Origin: a virus | Direction: 5' to 3' (one strand) | IMG/VR virus record: IMGVR_UViG_3300043410_001917 | Coordinates: 3,331-67,330 of that record | Length of the DNA stretch: 64,000 nucleotides | Shown here: piece by piece, positions 59,445 to 64,000 of the stretch | How the letters are laid out: every line of letters starts with the position of its first letter | How positions within the stretch are numbered: the first letter of the stretch is position 1 | The notes under the pieces: model-generated | Seen by the model: the letters and a program-made list of their open reading frames with translations, nothing else | What the model was told of the DNA's origin: nothing | The model's database searches: none | Translations under genes and position numbers: made by a program

Positions 59445-59813
59445 ATGGCAGCAGTAAACGTAGTCAATGTAACAACAATTTATGGTAAAACGGTAGCAGC
59501 AAATTTAACCTCTACCTCGGCCACAAGCATTGTAAGTAATGCTGCAAGTTCATCGACACTAATTAAAATTAATACTTTGAATATTACTAACACAACAGGA
59601 ACAGCAGTTACAGCAACCATTTATTGGAATAATGGTGCCAATCTTACTGGAACTTCATTTAATATTCTCAACACCAGTGTTCCTCCAAACAGTGCATTGA
59701 CAGCTATAGACAAAAACGCTCCTTACTATTTGGAAGAAGGCCAAAGTATAGGTGTAACAGCTGCTACAGCTAATACATTTATTGTTACTTGCAGTTATGA
59801 GGTAATCAGCTAA
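59445..59813 (+). CDS. Small adaptor-like virion protein (paralog 2)
   Basis: VNVTTIYGKT...YYLEEGQSI...SYEVIS; SD GGAGG. Confidence 0.7.
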   Translation: MAAVNVVNVTTIYGKTVAANLTSTSATSIVSNAASSSTLIKINTLNITNTTGTAVTATIYWNNGANLTGTSFNILNTSVPPNSALTAIDKNAPYYLEEGQSIGVTAATANTFIVTCSYEVIS

Positions 59814-60835
59814 TGTCCCAAAACGGTGGTATTAGAGGTCCTGGTCAAATAGTTACGTCAACCGCACCAGCAAAAAAAGCCAATCTTAGTGAAGCACAAC
59901 AATATTCTTCTCTAGGAAATTGGCCAGGTTTGATATTTTATCAAAATTATTCCACACCTGGAACCTATTCATTCACTTCACCAATCGATGGCAATATTTC
60001 TTATATGGCTATCGGCGGTGGCGGTGGCGGTGATAATGGAAATGTTGGTGATGGTGGCGGAGGCGGTGGCGGTGGCGGCGGTTGCATATATGCTTCTAAT
60101 GTTGCTGTGAGTGTTGGTGATATATTAACTATTGTTGTTGGTGCTGGTGGATCTGGACCAGCAACATACAATTCAGATTCTAATCCTGGTGGAAATAGTT
60201 CAGTCACTTTAACTCAAACCGGAAAAACAAATTTTGTCATAACAGCTCAAGGTGGTTATGGTGGCAAAACTTATCCAGCTGGAGTGAGTTTAGGTGGAAT
60301 GTATGATTATACAGCATCATACAACAACGGAACTGTAGCGGGCGGAAGCAATAAAGTTCTAGGAACATATGCCGGCGGTGGCGGCGGCGCTGGATACAAT
60401 GGCGGTGGAGGTGGCGGCGGTGCTGCAAGTGCAGGTGGTAACGGTGGTGGCGGCATAGGTTCAATTGGCACAAATGGTGCTGGAACAATTGGTCCTACCG
60501 GTGGCCAAGGTGGTGCTGCAAGTACAACTGCAAGCGCACCAAGTAGTGGCGGCGGCGCAGGAGGTTCAGGTCAACATGATATAACAGGCGGCGGTGGCGG
60601 AGGAGGATATACGTATAGTTCCTCAGTACCAACAACAGCCGGCGGCAATGGAAATGGACTTACAACCAGCGGTTCAAAAGGTGGGAACGGCGGATTTCCA
60701 GGTGGTGGTGGCGGTGGAAGTTGGGACACTGGAACTGGCGTAACATCAGATGGCGGAAATGGTTTTGTAAGAATAGTATGGGGCACTAACGCATCTGGCG
60801 CAAGATTATTTCCCGTTAATGCATTGGATACTTAA
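59813..60835 (+). CDS. Glycine-rich tail-tip/adhesin-like protein
   Basis: AIGGGGGG, TIVVGAGG, GGNGFVRIVW polyglycine-type motifs. Confidence 0.75.
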   Translation: MSQNGGIRGPGQIVTSTAPAKKANLSEAQQYSSLGNWPGLIFYQNYSTPGTYSFTSPIDGNISYMAIGGGGGGDNGNVGDGGGGGGGGGGCIYASNVAVSVGDILTIVVGAGGSGPATYNSDSNPGGNSSVTLTQTGKTNFVITAQGGYGGKTYPAGVSLGGMYDYTASYNNGTVAGGSNKVLGTYAGGGGGAGYNGGGGGGGAASAGGNGGGGIGSIGTNGAGTIGPTGGQGGAASTTASAPSSGGGAGGSGQHDITGGGGGGGYTYSSSVPTTAGGNGNGLTTSGSKGGNGGFPGGGGGGSWDTGTGVTSDGGNGFVRIVWGTNASGARLFPVNALDT

Positions 60836-61228
60836 ATGAATCTATATATTAAAGTTGAAAATAATACGCCAATAAATTATCCTATAACTTTGGAAAATTT
60901 ATTGATGATACATCCAGATTTTAATGAAACCAATAATTATGGATTCATAAAGTTTAATAGAGGTTCTATTCCAGATATAGTAGAACCTTATTTGATAACA
61001 GAATATTTTTTTACAATACGAGATAATGAATGTTTTGAAAAATATAGAGTTCGTAATATGACCGATGAGGAAAAAAATATTAAAATTAACAACATGCAAG
61101 AATCGAAACCATATGAAAGTTGGATTTTCAATGAATCTAAATGTTCATGGGAACCACCTATTCCTATGCCTGATGGTAAATACCGTTGGAACGAAGAAAC
61201 AATTAGTTGGCAACCAGATGAAGCTTAA
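60836..61228 (+). CDS. Hypothetical protein, possible fibre assembly chaperone
   Basis: KPYESWIFNE..CSWEPPIPMP..YRWNEE..SW motif; follows the Gly-rich gene. Confidence 0.6.
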   Translation: MNLYIKVENNTPINYPITLENLLMIHPDFNETNNYGFIKFNRGSIPDIVEPYLITEYFFTIRDNECFEKYRVRNMTDEEKNIKINNMQESKPYESWIFNESKCSWEPPIPMPDGKYRWNEETISWQPDEA

Positions 61229-61252
61229 ATAAGTATATAAAAGGTTTATTAA

Positions 61253-61657
61253 ATGTCATTTCCAACAAGTCCAACAAACGGCCAAACAGCCACAATAAAC
61301 GGTATAACGTATACTTATAGTGCCACTTATGGTACTTGGACAAGAGTGCCTGCGCCAGGTAATATCGCAGTCAATATAGATACTTTTGTTGGTGATGGTA
61401 GTAATACAAGTTTTACTATGTCTACTGCACCAACAGATGCAAACAACGTTATCATTAACGTTAATGGTGTCATTCAATTAAAAGAAGCATATACAGTAAC
61501 AGCAAATTCCACAACACTCACACTATCATCAGCACCGGCCAATGGTGCCAAGGTCGATGCAATTATCTTTAAGAGTGGTGCAGTATCATCAACATCAGGT
61601 GGTGGTGGAACAACAAGAGCTCAGTCTATGACTATGGGCATATTATTCGGAGGTTAA
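61253..61657 (+). CDS. Small fibre connector protein
   Basis: FPTSPTNGQ..YTY...TW; FVGDGSNTSF; ends RAQSMTMGILFGG. Confidence 0.65.
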   Translation: MSFPTSPTNGQTATINGITYTYSATYGTWTRVPAPGNIAVNIDTFVGDGSNTSFTMSTAPTDANNVIINVNGVIQLKEAYTVTANSTTLTLSSAPANGAKVDAIIFKSGAVSSTSGGGGTTRAQSMTMGILFGG

Positions 61658-61658
61658 C

Positions 61659-62021
61659 ATGGCAGCACCAAATTTATTAACAAGTACATCAGTAACAGGA
61701 AATGTTGCAGGTCAAGCAATAACAACTTCAGCAACAGCGATTGTATCTAATGCAAGCAGTAGTGGTAAATTATATAAAATTAATTCTTTATATGTTTCAA
61801 ATATAAATGGTTCAGCAAGTGCTGACGTTACTGCTGATGTTTACAAAAACGGTACAACTGCATATAGATTAGCTTACTTAATTACTGTTCCAGCAAAATC
61901 GACAATCAACATTGTTGCAAAAGATATAACAGTTTATTTGGAAGAAAATGATAGTTTAAGATTAACTGCCAGTGCAAATAGTTATTTGGAAGGCGTTTGT
62001 TCTTTTGAGGTTATCAGCTGA
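61659..62021 (+). CDS. Small adaptor-like virion protein (paralog 3)
   Basis: MAAPNL...IVSNASSSGK..KIN...YLEENDSL...SFEVIS; clearly similar to 59445-59813. Confidence 0.7.
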   Translation: MAAPNLLTSTSVTGNVAGQAITTSATAIVSNASSSGKLYKINSLYVSNINGSASADVTADVYKNGTTAYRLAYLITVPAKSTINIVAKDITVYLEENDSLRLTASANSYLEGVCSFEVIS

Positions 62022-63202
62022 TGAGTAATTCATTTAAAGGCCTTGGTGATATTAGAAAAGTTGCAAGGTCAACCTGGTCAAATCAACCAACAGGAATGTT
62101 TTCTCTAGATACACAATATAGAGAAAATTTAAATAATATTTGGCCAAATTCAAATACAACAATGATAATTAGCGGTGCAATGTCACAAGCACCTTATTTA
62201 CAAAGTTATGCTATTGGTGGCCAACAAGATGGTAGCTACCAACAAGGTTTAGATTATAGATTTGCAAATAATTCTATTGGTTTGGCAATTGCTGGTCAAG
62301 CAAATGATGTGTCTTGGGAAAAAACAGGAACTTACATTGCTGTAGCTCACGCAACAACACCTTATGTAACGATTTGTAAAAAAACTATAACTAACAATTG
62401 GTATCCAACATTAACAAAATTATCAAATCCTGCAACGTTACCACCAGCTACAGGAAATGGTGTGGAATTCAGTCAAGATGGAATTTACCTTGCTGTAGCT
62501 CACAACACGACACCTTTTGTAACAGTCTATAAAAGAAGTGGTGATACATTTACTAAATTAACAAATCCAGCAACATTACCGGCTAGTTCGGGATTTGGAG
62601 TATCATGGAGTCCGAGTGGAACTTATCTTGCTGTAGCTCACGCAGTGACACCTTTTGTAACAATTTATAAATTAGATAAAACAACCGACACTTTAACAAA
62701 ACTTTCCAATCCTGCAACGTTACCACCTAGTACAGGTGCTAGATGTGCATGGAGTCCAGATGAAGGATACCTTGCTGTAGCTCACACATCGACACCTTTT
62801 GTAACAATTTATCAAAGAAGTGGTGACACATTTACGAAAGTGGCCAATCCATCAACGTTGCCAGCCAGCGTTGGCAATGATGTATCATTTAGTCCTGATG
62901 GTCGGTGGTTAGCAGTTGCACATAATAACACACCATATTGCAGTTTATATGATACAACTGGTGGTGGATTTACATATGTTTCTATATCAAGTTATTTTGG
63001 AACATTACCAACAGGAACCGGTCAATCGGTGGTGTTTTCGAAAGATAGTAATATATTATATATTGGCCATACAACATCACCTTTTTTAACTTTGGTTGGT
63101 GGACTTAAAAATTGGGCTGGGGGTGGTTTAACATCGTATTTTTTCGATACTGATATCACACCTGTTCCATTAGGAACACTTTTAGGTATAGACGTTTACT
63201 GA
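62021..63202 (+). CDS. WD40-like beta-propeller protein (putative receptor-binding head)
   Basis: Near-identical ~44-aa blades, YLAVAHxxTPFVTIY..SGDTFTKL.NPATLP. Confidence 0.8.
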   Translation: MSNSFKGLGDIRKVARSTWSNQPTGMFSLDTQYRENLNNIWPNSNTTMIISGAMSQAPYLQSYAIGGQQDGSYQQGLDYRFANNSIGLAIAGQANDVSWEKTGTYIAVAHATTPYVTICKKTITNNWYPTLTKLSNPATLPPATGNGVEFSQDGIYLAVAHNTTPFVTVYKRSGDTFTKLTNPATLPASSGFGVSWSPSGTYLAVAHAVTPFVTIYKLDKTTDTLTKLSNPATLPPSTGARCAWSPDEGYLAVAHTSTPFVTIYQRSGDTFTKVANPSTLPASVGNDVSFSPDGRWLAVAHNNTPYCSLYDTTGGGFTYVSISSYFGTLPTGTGQSVVFSKDSNILYIGHTTSPFLTLVGGLKNWAGGGLTSYFFDTDITPVPLGTLLGIDVY

Positions 63203-63215
63203 AAATAAATAAAAC

Positions 63216-63944
63216 ATGGCATTAACAACAATACTCCCATCAGGTTTAAATTCAGCGAATGATTTTTCATCGTTGGTGCCGTCTGCCTACTCAACAGCAA
63301 ATGCGGCCTTCATACAAGCTAACGCAGCGTTCACTCAGGCAAACACCGATGTAACAAACATATCGATTTCAACTGGTGTTTATGGTGGTGCATCTGTTGC
63401 TCCTGTTATTACCGTAGCTGCCAACGGAAGAATAATTGCGGTAAGTAACGTGTCTATTTCAGGTGGCGGCGGTGGCGGTGGAGCATCCGTAACTGTTGGT
63501 CCAACTGCACCTTCACCCGCAGCAAATGGTTATTTGTGGTATGATGACACCTCAACGGGTGAATTGTTTGTTTATTCTTCTGGTGCTTGGGTTACCACCA
63601 GTATTATGCCTTCAACAAGTGCTGATGCACCGTCTATCACCGGACCAACTGAAGCAAACGAAGCAACAACACAAACATTTACAATCAGTAATTATAATGG
63701 AGCGTATACATATATAATTGCAGTAACAGGCGGTTCAGTTACAAGAACGAACCAAAACATTTATTGGACGATGCCTTCTGTTACAACAAATACAACATAT
63801 TATATGACAACGCAAGTCGTTAACGCTGGAACAACAACAGCGGTAGACACAAGAACAGTATTAGTTGTGAACTTGAATGTATCCGATACATCAGTTATCA
63901 TCACCGATTTCACGGTGAATAGTCTAAGTGCAGGATGGTATTAA
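63216..63944 (+). CDS. Tail-fibre-associated protein
   Basis: ANAAF repeats, VAANGRI, APSP..G.LWYD motifs. Confidence 0.65.
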   Translation: MALTTILPSGLNSANDFSSLVPSAYSTANAAFIQANAAFTQANTDVTNISISTGVYGGASVAPVITVAANGRIIAVSNVSISGGGGGGGASVTVGPTAPSPAANGYLWYDDTSTGELFVYSSGAWVTTSIMPSTSADAPSITGPTEANEATTQTFTISNYNGAYTYIIAVTGGSVTRTNQNIYWTMPSVTTNTTYYMTTQVVNAGTTTAVDTRTVLVVNLNVSDTSVIITDFTVNSLSAGWY

Positions 63945-63947
63945 TAA

Positions 63948-64000
63948 ATGAAAGCATATTCAGCAAATGGTAGTTTTGTAACTAACATATATCAACAAGA
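63948..64000 (+). CDS. Start of the next ORF (truncated by the window end)
   Basis: ATG AAA GCA TAT..., open to the end of the window. Confidence 0.4.
   Translation, partial: MKAYSANGSFVTNIYQQ

Noticed and set aside
39561-64000. Diversity-generating retroelement or invertase shufflon acting on fibre genes
   Set aside because: No reverse transcriptase, recombinase, adenine-specific TR/VR pair or inverted cassette was seen in this window.
1-64000. Stop-codon reassignment (TAG stops appear rare)
   Set aside because: Core genes are full length in code 11 with high coding density; TAA/TGA preference is expected at this AT content.

Overview
64 kb of an AT-rich, T4-like (myovirus) dsDNA phage genome, probably infecting a Gram-negative proteobacterium. 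Bases 1-7.4 kb hold a biosynthetic-type enzyme cluster: three 2OG-Fe(II) oxygenases, a Cys/Asn-rich small protein directly followed by a radical SAM/SPASM enzyme, a flavin-dependent halogenase and a B12-dependent radical SAM enzyme. Bases 7.4-12.9 kb hold a PD-(D/E)XK exonuclease, an HNH-type endonuclease whose 3' end overlaps a circularly permuted two-piece tmRNA (tag ANDEKFALAA), an outer-membrane beta-barrel, a SleB-type hydrolase and the gp33-gp59-HAD-gp32 block. Bases 13-19 kb (minus strand) carry hub/tail genes, including a gp26-like/gp51-like pair joined by a candidate -1 frameshift, plus gp54, gp2 and gp4. Bases 19-64 kb carry baseplate genes (gp48, gp53, split gp5, gp25, gp6, gp7-like, gp8, VrlC-like) and a long modular tail-fibre array. 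The strongest novelty candidates are the RiPP-like modification cluster, the permuted tmRNA with its endonuclease, the frameshift, and repeated docking motifs in the fibre genes. All calls come from motif recognition by eye; no searches were run.
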